DNA of 53,855 bases from Candidatus Fraserbacteria bacterium (GTDB lineage Bacteria > Bipolaricaulota > Bipolaricaulia > RBG-16-55-9). The translations under genes and the position numbers were made by a program. The stretch is from the NCBI GenBank assembly GCA_037442925.1, contig JBBIPG010000008.1, positions 1 to 53,855 on the forward strand, read 5' to 3'. This document shows positions 21,630-31,015 of this stretch, one piece after another (the first letter of the stretch is position 1; each line of letters starts with the position of its first letter). Below the pieces are notes generated by a model that made no database searches, was not told where the DNA came from, and worked only from the letters and a program-made list of their open reading frames with translations.

Positions 21630-21815
21630 ATGGCAACCAAAGCGTGGATGACAAAGAGTCAACGAGAGCCGAAGTTTGTGACGCGTACGGTACGGCGTTG
21701 TCGCCTCTGTGGTCGCAAGCGCGGGTTCATTCGCGATTTTGGCGTATGCCGACTCTGTTTTCGCGAGCTGGCTCATCGGGGTCTGATACCGGGCGTGAAG
21801 AAAGCGAGTTGGTGA
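21630..21815 (+). CDS. rpsN: 30S ribosomal protein uS14, type Z (Zn-binding)
   Basis: 61 aa, RCRLCGR...CRLCFRELA...PGVKKASW. Confidence 0.96.
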   Translation: MATKAWMTKSQREPKFVTRTVRRCRLCGRKRGFIRDFGVCRLCFRELAHRGLIPGVKKASW

Positions 21816-21819
21816 AGCC

Positions 21820-22254
21820 TTGGCGGAGAAGACAGCGTTGAAGACGGCACTCACACCGGATCCCATTGCGGACATGCTCACGCGGATCCGCAATGCCAAT
21901 GAGCGCTATCAGTCGGAAGTGCGCATGCACTCCTCCAAACTCAAGGAGGAGCTCGCTCGTCTGCTCAAAGACCAGGGATACATCGAGGAGTTTCAGGTTC
22001 AACCGGACGAGGGGAACAAGCGCGTGTTGACCGTCAAGCTGAAGTACAAAGGAAAGCGGGGCCGCGAACGCGTCATCCATGGACTGGAGCGGGTGAGCCG
22101 TCCGGGTTGCCGCATCTACGTGGGGGCAGATGAGATCCCTCACGTGATGGGGGGCTTGGGCGTGGCCGTCCTCTCGACGCCGCAAGGCGTGATGAGCGGC
22201 CGTGAGGCGCGGAAGCGGCGCGTCGGGGGCGAGTTGTTGTGCAGGATCTGGTAA
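21820..22254 (+). CDS. rpsH: 30S ribosomal protein uS8
   Basis: DPIADMLTRIRNA, SRPGCRIY, GGELLC. Confidence 0.97.
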   Translation: MAEKTALKTALTPDPIADMLTRIRNANERYQSEVRMHSSKLKEELARLLKDQGYIEEFQVQPDEGNKRVLTVKLKYKGKRGRERVIHGLERVSRPGCRIYVGADEIPHVMGGLGVAVLSTPQGVMSGREARKRRVGGELLCRIW

Positions 22255-22278
22255 GGTCTGATGGGGTGAACGACCGTT

Positions 22279-22863
22279 ATGTCTAGAATAGGAAGGCTGC
22301 CGATTCCCGTTCCCACGGGGGTGAAGGTCACAGTCGAAGTGGATCGAGTACTCGTAGAGGGAGCCGCAGGAAAACTCGAGCAGCTCTACGAGCCGCAGTA
22401 TGTGGCCGTCACCGTGGAGGATGGCGCCGTGAAGGTTTCCCGAAAGGGTGAAGCCAAGGAGCACCGTGCCCGTCACGGTCTCTATCGCAGTCTGATTGCC
22501 AACATGATCCAAGGAGTCCAGAAGCCCTACGAGAAGCGTCTGCAGCTGGTGGGCTTGGGCTACCGTGTCCGGCTTCAGGGACAAGAGCTGGTGCTTGAGA
22601 TCGGCTACAGTCATCCCATTCATTATACGCTCCCGGCGAGTGTGACAGCCGAAGTCAAGGAAGTAAAGAGTGGGGGCATCGAGGCGGAAATCACACTGCG
22701 AAGCCCGGATAAGCAGCTCGTGGGGGAGATCGCTGCCGAGATTCGTGCGCTGCGGGAGCCTGAGCCCTACAAGGGGACCGGGATTCGCTACCACGACGAG
22801 CACATCATCCGCAAGGAAGGCAAGCTGGCGGGTGCGGCTGCCGCAAAGGAAGGCGGCGCGTGA
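22279..22863 (+). CDS. rplF: 50S ribosomal protein uL6
   Basis: [29 protein letters not shown]. Confidence 0.97.
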   Translation: MSRIGRLPIPVPTGVKVTVEVDRVLVEGAAGKLEQLYEPQYVAVTVEDGAVKVSRKGEAKEHRARHGLYRSLIANMIQGVQKPYEKRLQLVGLGYRVRLQGQELVLEIGYSHPIHYTLPASVTAEVKEVKSGGIEAEITLRSPDKQLVGEIAAEIRALREPEPYKGTGIRYHDEHIIRKEGKLAGAAAAKEGGA

Positions 22864-22865
22864 TC

Positions 22866-23225
22866 ATGGTCCAACTCGCGCGAGAAGACCGGCGCCTCAG
22901 GCGTCATCGTCGCATCCGTAAGAAGGTCGTGGGGACGCCGGAGCACCCCCGGCTTTCGGTGTACAAGAGCGCCCGGCATCTATACGTGCAGCTCATCGAT
23001 GACATGAGCCAGCACACGCTGGTGCACGTATCGACTCTGGATAAAGCGCTCCAGGGTGTGCACGGATGCAATATCGAGGCAGCCAAAGCGGTGGGAAAAC
23101 TCCTCGCGGAGCGTGCCCGTAACGAGGGAATTGAGAAGGTGGTCTTCGATCGCGGGGGCTACCCCTATCATGGCGTGGTGAAGGCGCTGGCCGAGAGTGC
23201 TCGAGAGGGAGGGCTTGTATTTTGA
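22866..23225 (+). CDS. rplR: 50S ribosomal protein uL18
   Basis: [28 protein letters not shown]. Confidence 0.97.
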   Translation: MVQLAREDRRLRRHRRIRKKVVGTPEHPRLSVYKSARHLYVQLIDDMSQHTLVHVSTLDKALQGVHGCNIEAAKAVGKLLAERARNEGIEKVVFDRGGYPYHGVVKALAESAREGGLVF

Positions 23226-23740
23226 GACAACGAATGAGACATAGAGATGAACAGCAGGAACTCGAGAATGAAGTGATCGAGATCCGCCGGGTGGCCAAGG
23301 TCGTCAAAGGTGGCAAGAACATGAGCTTTCGCGTGATCGTGGCCATCGGCGACCGAAGCGGCCGCGTGGGTTTGGGTAAGGGGAACACACGGGAGATCCC
23401 TCTTGCCATTCAACAGGCAATTCGCGATGCCAAAGGCAACTTGGTTCAGGTTCCTGTGCTAAACGGGACGATCCCTCATCTTGTGGTGGGAAAATTCAAA
23501 GCGGCGAAAGTGTTACTAAAGCCTGCCTATCCCGGCACAGGCATCATTGCGGGAGAGACCGTGGGTATGATCTGCCGCTTGGCTGGGATTCGAGATATCC
23601 TGGCGAAGTCCTTGGGCTCTGCCAACCCTCTTACGGTAGCTAAAGCGACCATGGAAGGGCTCAGACAACTGAAGACCGTTGGGGATATTGCCCGATTGAG
23701 AGACAAGAATGCGAAGGAGATTCTCCATGTGGAAACTTGA
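23222..23740 (+). CDS. rpsE: 30S ribosomal protein uS5
   Basis: [21 protein letters not shown]. Confidence 0.97.
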   Translation: MRQRMRHRDEQQELENEVIEIRRVAKVVKGGKNMSFRVIVAIGDRSGRVGLGKGNTREIPLAIQQAIRDAKGNLVQVPVLNGTIPHLVVGKFKAAKVLLKPAYPGTGIIAGETVGMICRLAGIRDILAKSLGSANPLTVAKATMEGLRQLKTVGDIARLRDKNAKEILHVET

Positions 23741-24251
23741 GGATGTACGTCCCACACCGGGTAGTCTCAAAAGGCGAAAGCGTGTCGGCCGGGGCAACGG
23801 TTCCGGGCACGGCACATATTCTTGTCGTGGGGGCAAAGGGCAGACGGCACGCAGCGGCTACCAGATGCCTCCGGGGTTTGAAGGCGGTCAGACTCCGCTC
23901 TGGAAGCGCGTGCCCAAGCGGGGATTCAAGAATCCCCATCGGCGTGAGTACGCCTACATCAACGTCGCTGCCTTGGCGGAACACTTTGAAGATGGAGCGG
24001 AGATTACTCCAGAGGATCTACTCACAAAGAGGGTCATTCGAGAGATCAAGGGGGGCGTGAAGGTCCTGGGGCATGGGGAGGCCCTCAAGAAAAAATTCAT
24101 CATCAAAGCGCATCGCTTCTCCAAGAAGGCTCTGGAGATGATCGAGAAAGCGGGAGGGCAAGCGATCGTGCTGGGAAGCCCCCAGAACCGCAGGGAACCT
24201 CCGGCATCGTCGGCACCCAAAAGGGGAAGGGGACTAACCGCCGATGTTTGA
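23727..24251 (+). CDS. rplO: 50S ribosomal protein uL15
   Basis: RVGRGNGSG, GGKGQTARSG, FEGGQTPL..RVPKRGF. ATG after AAGGAG. Confidence 0.97.
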   Translation: MWKLEDVRPTPGSLKRRKRVGRGNGSGHGTYSCRGGKGQTARSGYQMPPGFEGGQTPLWKRVPKRGFKNPHRREYAYINVAALAEHFEDGAEITPEDLLTKRVIREIKGGVKVLGHGEALKKKFIIKAHRFSKKALEMIEKAGGQAIVLGSPQNRREPPASSAPKRGRGLTADV

Positions 24252-25578
24252 AGGGATCCTCCAAGCGTTCACCATTCCCGAGGTCCGGAAGCGTATCTTC
24301 TTCACGTTAGGAGCGTTTGCCGTCTTCCGATTTGGGATCTGGATTCCGGTGCCCGGAGTCGATCCCCAGCGGGTGCAAGAGTTCTTTCAGTCCGCGCTCG
24401 GAGCGGGCGGAGTTTTGGGATTGCTCAACCTCTTTACGGGTGGGGCTTTCGAGATGTTCTCCATGTTTGCCTTGGGCGTCATCCCGTACATCAACGCCTC
24501 GATCATCATGAGCTTGCTCCAGTCCGTCATCCCTTATCTTAAGGAGCTCAACAAGCAAGGGGAAGAAGGACGGAAGATCATCAACCGCTACGTGCGCTAC
24601 GGGACCGTGGGGTTGGCGATCTTGCAAGCTGCCGGCACGAGTTACGTGATTGCAGGCCAAGGGCTCTTGCTCGCAGACATTTCGCCCTACATATTCTACT
24701 TCACATCGGTCGTGGCACTGACGACCGGGACGATGTTCCTGATGTGGCTGGGCGAGAGGATCACCGAGAACGGGATCGGCCGAGGCGTCTCGATGATCAT
24801 CATGGCGGGCATCATCGCGGGGTACCCGGATTATATCAACCGAACCTACACGCTCATTAGTTCGGGAGCTGCTCCCCCGGTCACAGTTCTCTTGCTGCTC
24901 ATCATGTTTGTGGTTGTGGTGGCGGGCGTCGTACTCGTCCAACTGGGAGCACGTCGCATTGAGATTCAATATGCCAAACGCATGGTGAGGGGTCGGGTCT
25001 ACGGTGGACAGAACACGTATATTCCCTTTGGTGTCAATCAAGGAGGAGTCATTCCCATCATCTTTGCGGCCGCGATTCTCACGCTACCTCAGACTCTTCT
25101 CGCAGTTCCTTCCATCAGCAGCTGGATCGCAAATGGACCGGACTGGTTGAATGCGTTGAGTTCTGATCTGCAGAGAGGTGGTTGGCTCTATCTCATCTTC
25201 TATGGGGCTCTCATCATCTTCTTCACGTACTTTTACAGCGCGATTGTCTTCAATCCTCAAGATCTGGCCGACAATCTGCGCCGCTGGGGCGGGTTCATCC
25301 CCGGCATTCGCCCGGGCAAGTCCACCTCAGACCACGTGGAGCGCATCCAAACAAGACTCCTCACGATTGGGGGACTCTTCTTAACGGGCATAGCGCTGAT
25401 GCCCTACATCGTCAGTAATCTCACCGGACTTCAGGCCGCCTTTGCCTTGGGTGGCACATCCATCCTGATTGTCGTGGGGGTAGGGGTAGATACCGTCAAG
25501 CAGATCGAGGCGCACATGGTGGAGCGGCACTACGAGAGTCTGATCCGCAAAGGCGCTGTTCTGGGAAGGAAGATATGA
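24244..25578 (+). CDS. secY: Preprotein translocase SecY
   Basis: FSMFALGVIPYINASII, WLGERITENGIG, GVIPIIFA, FIPGIRPG, GGTSILIVVGV. Confidence 0.98.
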   Translation: MFEGILQAFTIPEVRKRIFFTLGAFAVFRFGIWIPVPGVDPQRVQEFFQSALGAGGVLGLLNLFTGGAFEMFSMFALGVIPYINASIIMSLLQSVIPYLKELNKQGEEGRKIINRYVRYGTVGLAILQAAGTSYVIAGQGLLLADISPYIFYFTSVVALTTGTMFLMWLGERITENGIGRGVSMIIMAGIIAGYPDYINRTYTLISSGAAPPVTVLLLLIMFVVVVAGVVLVQLGARRIEIQYAKRMVRGRVYGGQNTYIPFGVNQGGVIPIIFAAAILTLPQTLLAVPSISSWIANGPDWLNALSSDLQRGGWLYLIFYGALIIFFTYFYSAIVFNPQDLADNLRRWGGFIPGIRPGKSTSDHVERIQTRLLTIGGLFLTGIALMPYIVSNLTGLQAAFALGGTSILIVVGVGVDTVKQIEAHMVERHYESLIRKGAVLGRKI

Positions 25579-26219
25579 ACCTGCGGATTGTGCTTTTAGG
25601 GCCGCCTGGCGCAGGGAAGGGAACCCAAGCCGAGCGATTGGCCGAGCATCTTAAGATCCCCCGCATCGTCACAGGAGATCTCTTGCGAGCGGCCGTCAAG
25701 AGCCGGACGGAGCTGGGCAAGCGGGCTCAAAGCTATATGGACCGCGGCGAGCTTGTCCCGGACGAACTGGTGGTGGCACTGATCCGTGAACAGCTGGGTC
25801 GGCTGAACGGTCAGAGTGGGTTCATTCTGGATGGGTTCCCCCGGAATACGCAGCAGGCAGAAGCACTGGAACGACTGACGCCGATCGATCTGGCTCTCTG
25901 GATTGAGCTTCCGCGGGAGGAAGTGATCCGGCGCTTGAGCGCCCGCAGGATGTGCGAGCGCTGTGGGAGAATTTATCATTTGATCTATCAGCCTCCAAAA
26001 CAGTCAGGGGTCTGTGATGCGTGTGGGGGCTCTCTCTACCAGCGCTCGGATGATCAGCCCGATGTGGTCGCAAAACGCTATGATATTCAGTATAATCAAG
26101 AGGTCAAACCTCTCGTCGAATCCTATCGAAAGCGTAGCGTGTTGGTCACGGTAGATGGAGACGGAACGGTGGAGGAGGTATTTGCGCGAATCCTCCGAGC
26201 GATTCGTTCTTTGCTTTGA
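25575..26219 (+). CDS. adk: Adenylate kinase (Zn-lid type)
   Basis: GPPGAGKGT, GFILDGFPR, lid CERC..CDAC. Confidence 0.97.
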   Translation: MNLRIVLLGPPGAGKGTQAERLAEHLKIPRIVTGDLLRAAVKSRTELGKRAQSYMDRGELVPDELVVALIREQLGRLNGQSGFILDGFPRNTQQAEALERLTPIDLALWIELPREEVIRRLSARRMCERCGRIYHLIYQPPKQSGVCDACGGSLYQRSDDQPDVVAKRYDIQYNQEVKPLVESYRKRSVLVTVDGDGTVEEVFARILRAIRSLL

Positions 26220-26220
26220 A

Positions 26221-27000
26221 ATGATTCAGTTGAAGACGGAGGTCGAGATCGAGATCTTGCGGGAGAACGCGCAGGTGCTCAATGAGATTCTGCGAGAGCT
26301 GATCCGCACTTCGCGCCCCGGCGTCTCTACGGGTGAGCTGGATGATTTGGCGGAACAGCTGATGCGAGAAGCAGGAGTTGTGTCGGCGTTTAAGGGATAT
26401 AAAGCATATCCGGCGTCGATCTGTACGTCCGTCAATGAGGAGATCGTTCATGGGATTCCTCGGCACGATCGAGTGTTGCGTGATGGGGATGTGCTTTCGA
26501 TCGATATTGGCATTGAGCGTCGCGGACTCTACGCGGATAGGGCAGACACGGTCGTGGTGGGTCGGCCCTCGGAAGCGGCGCTGGAGTTGATTGGTGTCGC
26601 ACGGGAGGCGCTCCGACGGGGGATCGTGCAAGCTCGGTCCGGGAATCGCGTGGGGGACATCTCACACGCCATCGGTTCCTACGCGCAGTCCAGAGGATAT
26701 CACGTCGTAAAGCGATTCGTAGGCCATGGGATTGGGCGGGCGATGCATGAGGAGCCTCAGGTCCCCAACTACGGCCTGCCTGGCCAAGGAGCCAAGCTCC
26801 GGGAGGGAATGGTCCTGGCCATTGAGCCGATGGTCTGGAAGGCATCTGCCGGAGCGAGTGGAGCGGATGAACAAGAGGAATGGGTTGCAGAGGACAGCTG
26901 GACGGTGCTGACCCCTAATGGCCGTCCCGCTGCTCATGTGGAAGAGATGGTGCTGATTACAGAAAGCGGGCCGGATGTTCTGACAGATATGGGTGCATGA
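26221..27000 (+). CDS. map: Type I methionine aminopeptidase
   Basis: CTSVNEEIVHGIP, SIDIG, GHGIGRAMHEEP, AIEPM. Confidence 0.95.
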   Translation: MIQLKTEVEIEILRENAQVLNEILRELIRTSRPGVSTGELDDLAEQLMREAGVVSAFKGYKAYPASICTSVNEEIVHGIPRHDRVLRDGDVLSIDIGIERRGLYADRADTVVVGRPSEAALELIGVAREALRRGIVQARSGNRVGDISHAIGSYAQSRGYHVVKRFVGHGIGRAMHEEPQVPNYGLPGQGAKLREGMVLAIEPMVWKASAGASGADEQEEWVAEDSWTVLTPNGRPAAHVEEMVLITESGPDVLTDMGA

Positions 27001-27018
27001 AGGTGAGGAGGGGAGAAC

Positions 27019-27237
27019 ATCGGCAAAGGGGAGTTCATCCGGCAGCAAGGGAAGGTGATCGAGGCCTATCCCGGCTCGACCTTCAAGGTAAAACTAGAGG
27101 ATGGACGAGAAGCCCTCTGCCATGTGTCGGGGAAGATGCGCAAGAACTACATCAAGATCTTGCCCGGGGATGTGGTGATCGTGGAGTTCTCCCCGTATGA
27201 TCTGAATCGGGGTCGTATTGTGTATCGCGAGGGATAG
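27019..27237 (+). CDS. infA: Translation initiation factor IF-1 (non-canonical ATC start)
   Basis: [18 protein letters not shown]...[15 protein letters not shown]...[13 protein letters not shown]. Strong SD GAGGAGGGGAG before ATC 27019; in-frame TGA at 27004. Confidence 0.93.
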   Translation: MGKGEFIRQQGKVIEAYPGSTFKVKLEDGREALCHVSGKMRKNYIKILPGDVVIVEFSPYDLNRGRIVYREG

Positions 27238-27240
27238 CGC

Positions 27241-27354
27241 ATGAAAGTACGCAGCTCTGTGAGGAAGATGTGTGATCACTGTCAGCTGGTGCGCCGGGGC
27301 GGTCGGATCATGGTGATCTGCAAGAACCCGAAGCACAAGCAGCGGCAAGGGTAG
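27241..27354 (+). CDS. rpmJ: 50S ribosomal protein bL36 (Zn-binding)
   Basis: Hand translation (below ORF cutoff): [37 protein letters not shown]. Confidence 0.97.
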   Translation: MKVRSSVRKMCDHCQLVRRGGRIMVICKNPKHKQRQG

Positions 27355-27375
27355 AGAAAGGGATGGTGAAGCTCC

Positions 27376-27747
27376 TTGGCGCGTATTGCGGGAATTGATC
27401 TGCCCAACAAGAAGAGACTCGAGATCGCGCTTACGTACATCCATGGAATTGGGCGTCCTATGGCCCATCGCATTTTGCAGGCGACGGGGATTGATCCGGA
27501 CAAGCGGGTTCATGAGCTCTCCGAAGGAGAGGTCGCGGAATTGCGCAAGCAGATTGAAGGCAAGATTCTGGTTGAGGGTGAGTTGCGCCGCAAGGTCAAG
27601 TCAGACGTGGATCGCTTGAAGCTCATCAAGAGCTACCGAGGGATTCGGCACGCGGTCGGCCTGCCGGTACGAGGGCAGAGGACGCGCTGCAACGCACGCA
27701 CCTGGAAGGGACCTCGGCCCTCGAAGGCCGGGGCGAAGAAGCGCTAA
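27376..27747 (+). CDS. rpsM: 30S ribosomal protein uS13
   Basis: [24 protein letters not shown]. Confidence 0.97.
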   Translation: MARIAGIDLPNKKRLEIALTYIHGIGRPMAHRILQATGIDPDKRVHELSEGEVAELRKQIEGKILVEGELRRKVKSDVDRLKLIKSYRGIRHAVGLPVRGQRTRCNARTWKGPRPSKAGAKKR

Positions 27748-27767
27748 GGCGCAAGGAGAAATAGACT

Positions 27768-28115
27768 ATGGCGAAGAAACTGCTCGATCGGGCACGGGTT
27801 CATGTGCACTCGACGTACAACAATACGATCGTCACGCTGACCGAGGTAGACGGGAAAGTGCTCGCGTGGAGCAGCCCAGGGTTGGTGGGCTTCAAGGGTT
27901 CGCGAAAAGGAACCCCATTTGCGGCCCAGCTGGCGACAGAGCGTTTGATGGAGCGCATGAAGGAATTCGGCATTAAATCCGTGATTGTGACGGTCAATGG
28001 GACGGGATCGGGACGCAATTCGGTCGTCAATGCCTTAAAAAATTCGCCATTCCGCGTGGAGGAAGTGAAGAACACCACGCCGGTCTCGCACTCTCACTCC
28101 CATTCGCACACGTAG
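27768..28115 (+). CDS. rpsK: 30S ribosomal protein uS11 (atypical C-terminus)
   Basis: STYNNTIVT, GFKGSRKGTPFAA, GSGR. Ends PVSHSHSHSHT. Confidence 0.95.
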   Translation: MAKKLLDRARVHVHSTYNNTIVTLTEVDGKVLAWSSPGLVGFKGSRKGTPFAAQLATERLMERMKEFGIKSVIVTVNGTGSGRNSVVNALKNSPFRVEEVKNTTPVSHSHSHSHT

Positions 28116-28132
28116 GAGGGAGCGACACTCGT

Positions 28133-28753
28133 ATGGGAATGTATATTGGACCCAAGTGTAAACTCTGTCGCCGCGAGCGACAGAAGCTATTTTTGAAGGG
28201 ACAGAAGTGCATGACGGAGAAGTGTCCGGTCTCGCGCCGAGAATATCCGCCGGGCATGCACCGGGACAGCTTCTCTCGTCTGTCGTATTATGCGATTCGT
28301 TTGCGAGAAAAGCAGCGGCTGAAGAGGATCTACGGTACGCGAGAGCGGCAGTTTCGTCGGTATATGGAGTTGGCCAAGAAGGTCAAAGGACACACCGGGG
28401 CTTTCCTGCTGGAGCTCTTGGAGCGTCGATTGGACAACGTGCTCTATCGCGGGGGGCTCGCCGCCTCTCGCGACCAGGCGCGACAGCTGATCAACCATGG
28501 GCATGTGTGGGTCAACCGGCGGCGGGTGAACATCCCGTCGTACTTGACGCGGCCTGGGGATGTGATCGCCTTTAAGGAGAGCGCGCTGGGCAAGAAAGGC
28601 ATTCAAGCTGTGATGGCTGGGAGTGAGCTGCAGTCAGTCGCCAGCTGGCTGGAGCGACAGAACGGCCAACTGAGGATTATCGATAGGCCAAAGCTTGACG
28701 AGATCCAGCAGGACATCGAGATGAACCTGATCGTTGAGTTCTACTCTCGCTAG
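28133..28753 (+). CDS. rpsD: 30S ribosomal protein uS4
   Basis: CKLCRRE, LREKQR, LERRLDNV, ARQLINHGH, IVEFYSR. Confidence 0.97.
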   Translation: MGMYIGPKCKLCRRERQKLFLKGQKCMTEKCPVSRREYPPGMHRDSFSRLSYYAIRLREKQRLKRIYGTRERQFRRYMELAKKVKGHTGAFLLELLERRLDNVLYRGGLAASRDQARQLINHGHVWVNRRRVNIPSYLTRPGDVIAFKESALGKKGIQAVMAGSELQSVASWLERQNGQLRIIDRPKLDEIQQDIEMNLIVEFYSR

Positions 28754-28783
28754 TCGAGCAAAGAGGAAGAGAGGACTGTCAGA

Positions 28784-29740
28784 ATGAGAGTGGAGACGGA
28801 ACAGTCAAACGCCCCTTGGATTCGAGTGGAGGAGCTAGGGGACAGCTACGGTCGCGTGGTGCTTGAGCCCTTGGAGCAGGGCTTTGGGACCACGTTGGGG
28901 AATGCCATCCGCCGAGTGCTCCTTTCCTCCATTCCGGGGGCAGCCGTGACACGGGTGAGGTTCGCTGGGAAGTTTCACGAGTACGATACGATCCCCGGCA
29001 TCAAGGAGAGCGTGCTCGATATCATTCTGAACCTGAAGGAGCTGGCCATCCGGATCACCCGCGGAGACGGTTTGCACCGGCTGGTGCTGCAGGCCGAGGG
29101 TGAGGGAGAGGTGACGGCTGCGTCGATTGAGACTCCCTCAGGGATCGTGATCATCAACAAGGATCACTATATCGCAACGTTGGACGAGGATGGCAGACTC
29201 GAAATGGAGCTGGAGATCGAGACCGGCTATGGCTATCGCCCCGCGGAGCGCAACAAGAAGGAAGATATGCCCCTGGGAGTCATTGCCATCGACTCCGACT
29301 TCTCCCCCGTGAAGCGGGTGAACTTCCGTGTGGACGAAACCCGTGTGGGAGAACGAACTGACTTTGATCGACTGACCCTGGAGATCGAGACGAATGGGAG
29401 CATCAAGCCGGAAGAAGCACTCCATCACGCCGCGCAGATCTTGATCAGCCACTTCCAGCTCTTTTCCGACTTCGCGCAGCACCCCTATGCCAAGGCGCAG
29501 GAAGAAGAAGAAGAGCTTAAGATCATGGAGGCTACTCTGGAAGAGCTGGGGTTCGACAAGCGAGCTTGCAATCTCCTCAAGAGACCCCCTCACAATATCA
29601 TCACGCTGGGGGATCTATTGGCCCACTCTCGCGAGGAGTTGCGTGACATTCATAAGTTTGGGGATAAATCCTTGACCAAAGTGGAAGAGCGACTGAAGGA
29701 GTTGGGGTATGAAATGGCTCCTTCAAAGAAGAAGGCTTGA
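28784..29740 (+). CDS. rpoA: RNA polymerase alpha subunit
   Basis: EPLEQGFGTTLGNAIRRVLLSSIPG, FSPVKRV, alphaCTD. Confidence 0.98.
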   Translation: MRVETEQSNAPWIRVEELGDSYGRVVLEPLEQGFGTTLGNAIRRVLLSSIPGAAVTRVRFAGKFHEYDTIPGIKESVLDIILNLKELAIRITRGDGLHRLVLQAEGEGEVTAASIETPSGIVIINKDHYIATLDEDGRLEMELEIETGYGYRPAERNKKEDMPLGVIAIDSDFSPVKRVNFRVDETRVGERTDFDRLTLEIETNGSIKPEEALHHAAQILISHFQLFSDFAQHPYAKAQEEEEELKIMEATLEELGFDKRACNLLKRPPHNIITLGDLLAHSREELRDIHKFGDKSLTKVEERLKELGYEMAPSKKKA

Positions 29741-29742
29741 CC

Positions 29743-30093
29743 ATGCGCCATCAGAAGAAATTCAGAAAACTCAATCGCGTGGCTTCACATCGTAGACTGA
29801 TGCTGGCCGGTCAGGTGAAGGCGTTGATCCTTCACGGCAAGGTGGATACCACGGTTGCTCGGGCCAAGGAGAGCCGTATCTTGGCTGAAAGACTCATCAC
29901 GTGGGCCAAGCAGGGTGATGTGCAGGCCCGCCGCCAAGCGTTGCGCGTCTTGCAGGACAAAGATCTAGTCAAGAAGCTCTTTGAGGAACTGGGTCCTCGC
30001 TATCAAGATCGACAGGGTGGCTGCACACGGGTATTGAAACTCCCGCCTCGCCTGGGAGACGGTGCTGAGATGGCTCGCTTGATGTGGGTATGA
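29743..30093 (+). CDS. rplQ: 50S ribosomal protein bL17
   Basis: MRHQK..KLNR..SHR, TTVARAKE, GGCTR, R.GDGAEMA. Confidence 0.97.
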   Translation: MRHQKKFRKLNRVASHRRLMLAGQVKALILHGKVDTTVARAKESRILAERLITWAKQGDVQARRQALRVLQDKDLVKKLFEELGPRYQDRQGGCTRVLKLPPRLGDGAEMARLMWV

Positions 30094-30100
30094 TAGGACG

Positions 30101-31015
30101 ATGTTGGCCATCAGTGCCCACGGTCTTTCCAAGAATTACAACGGAACTCCCGCCCTAGACGGTCTCACACTGGAAATCCCCAAAGGAAGTATTGGTCTAC
30201 TGGGCGAGAACGGTGCAGGCAAGACGACGTTTATCAAACTCTTACTGGGGCTGCTCCATCCCACCGCTGGTTCTGCCCGTGTCCTAGGACTAGATGTCGC
30301 TCATCAGGGCCTGGAACTTCGCCGTCGCGTCGGCTATATGCCCGAAGACGAATGCCTGCCCCCGGATTTGAGTGCGTTCGATCTGGTGGCGCGTATGGGG
30401 AAGCTCTCCGGCCTCCCTCAAGAAGCAGCCGTCCAGCGTACTCACGACGTCTTACATCTGGTGGGCCTGGGAGAGGAACGCTATCGGCCGATCGGTGGCT
30501 ATAGTGTGGGGATGAAGCAGCGGGTCAAGTTGGCCCAAGCCCTTGTGCACGATCCAAAGCTGGTCTTGCTCGATGAGCCCACCAGCGGCATGGACCCTCA
30601 GGGCCGTGAGGAGATGCTCGAGCTTATCCGAGATATTCGCACGAAGATGGGGATCAGTCTGTTGCTCTCTTCGCATCTCTTGCTGGATGTAGAGCGAGTC
30701 TGTGAATACGTTGTGATTCTGCGGGCAGGTCAAGTGGTGGCTCAAGGCTTAATGAATGAGCTTTTAGGAGGCCTGGGAGAGGGGCTTCTGCTTCGAGTCG
30801 TGGGCGATCAGGATACCTTTGTCCATGGGCTGAGGGGACATGGCCTTGATGTGGAAGTGGTAGGCGGTGGAATCCTCATCAAGACAGCGACAGAGGATGT
30901 GTATGATATCATTCTCAAACAAGCCGTCGAGACGAAAGTTCAGTTGCGGCGTCTCGAGCGCGAAGTCCGTTCCCTGGAAGAGCTATTTCTCGCACTACAT
31001 CCTCGTGCATCATGA
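30101..31015 (+). CDS. ABC-2 type transporter ATP-binding protein
   Basis: GENGAGKTT, YSVGMKQR, LLDEPT. Confidence 0.93.
   Translation: MLAISAHGLSKNYNGTPALDGLTLEIPKGSIGLLGENGAGKTTFIKLLLGLLHPTAGSARVLGLDVAHQGLELRRRVGYMPEDECLPPDLSAFDLVARMGKLSGLPQEAAVQRTHDVLHLVGLGEERYRPIGGYSVGMKQRVKLAQALVHDPKLVLLDEPTSGMDPQGREEMLELIRDIRTKMGISLLLSSHLLLDVERVCEYVVILRAGQVVAQGLMNELLGGLGEGLLLRVVGDQDTFVHGLRGHGLDVEVVGGGILIKTATEDVYDIILKQAVETKVQLRRLEREVRSLEELFLALHPRAS

Noticed and set aside
728..30093. Many long antisense and alternate-frame ORFs (e.g. 9636-10895, 21727-22803, 1874-2719)
   Set aside because: They shadow conserved housekeeping genes in GC-rich DNA and show no recognisable motifs.
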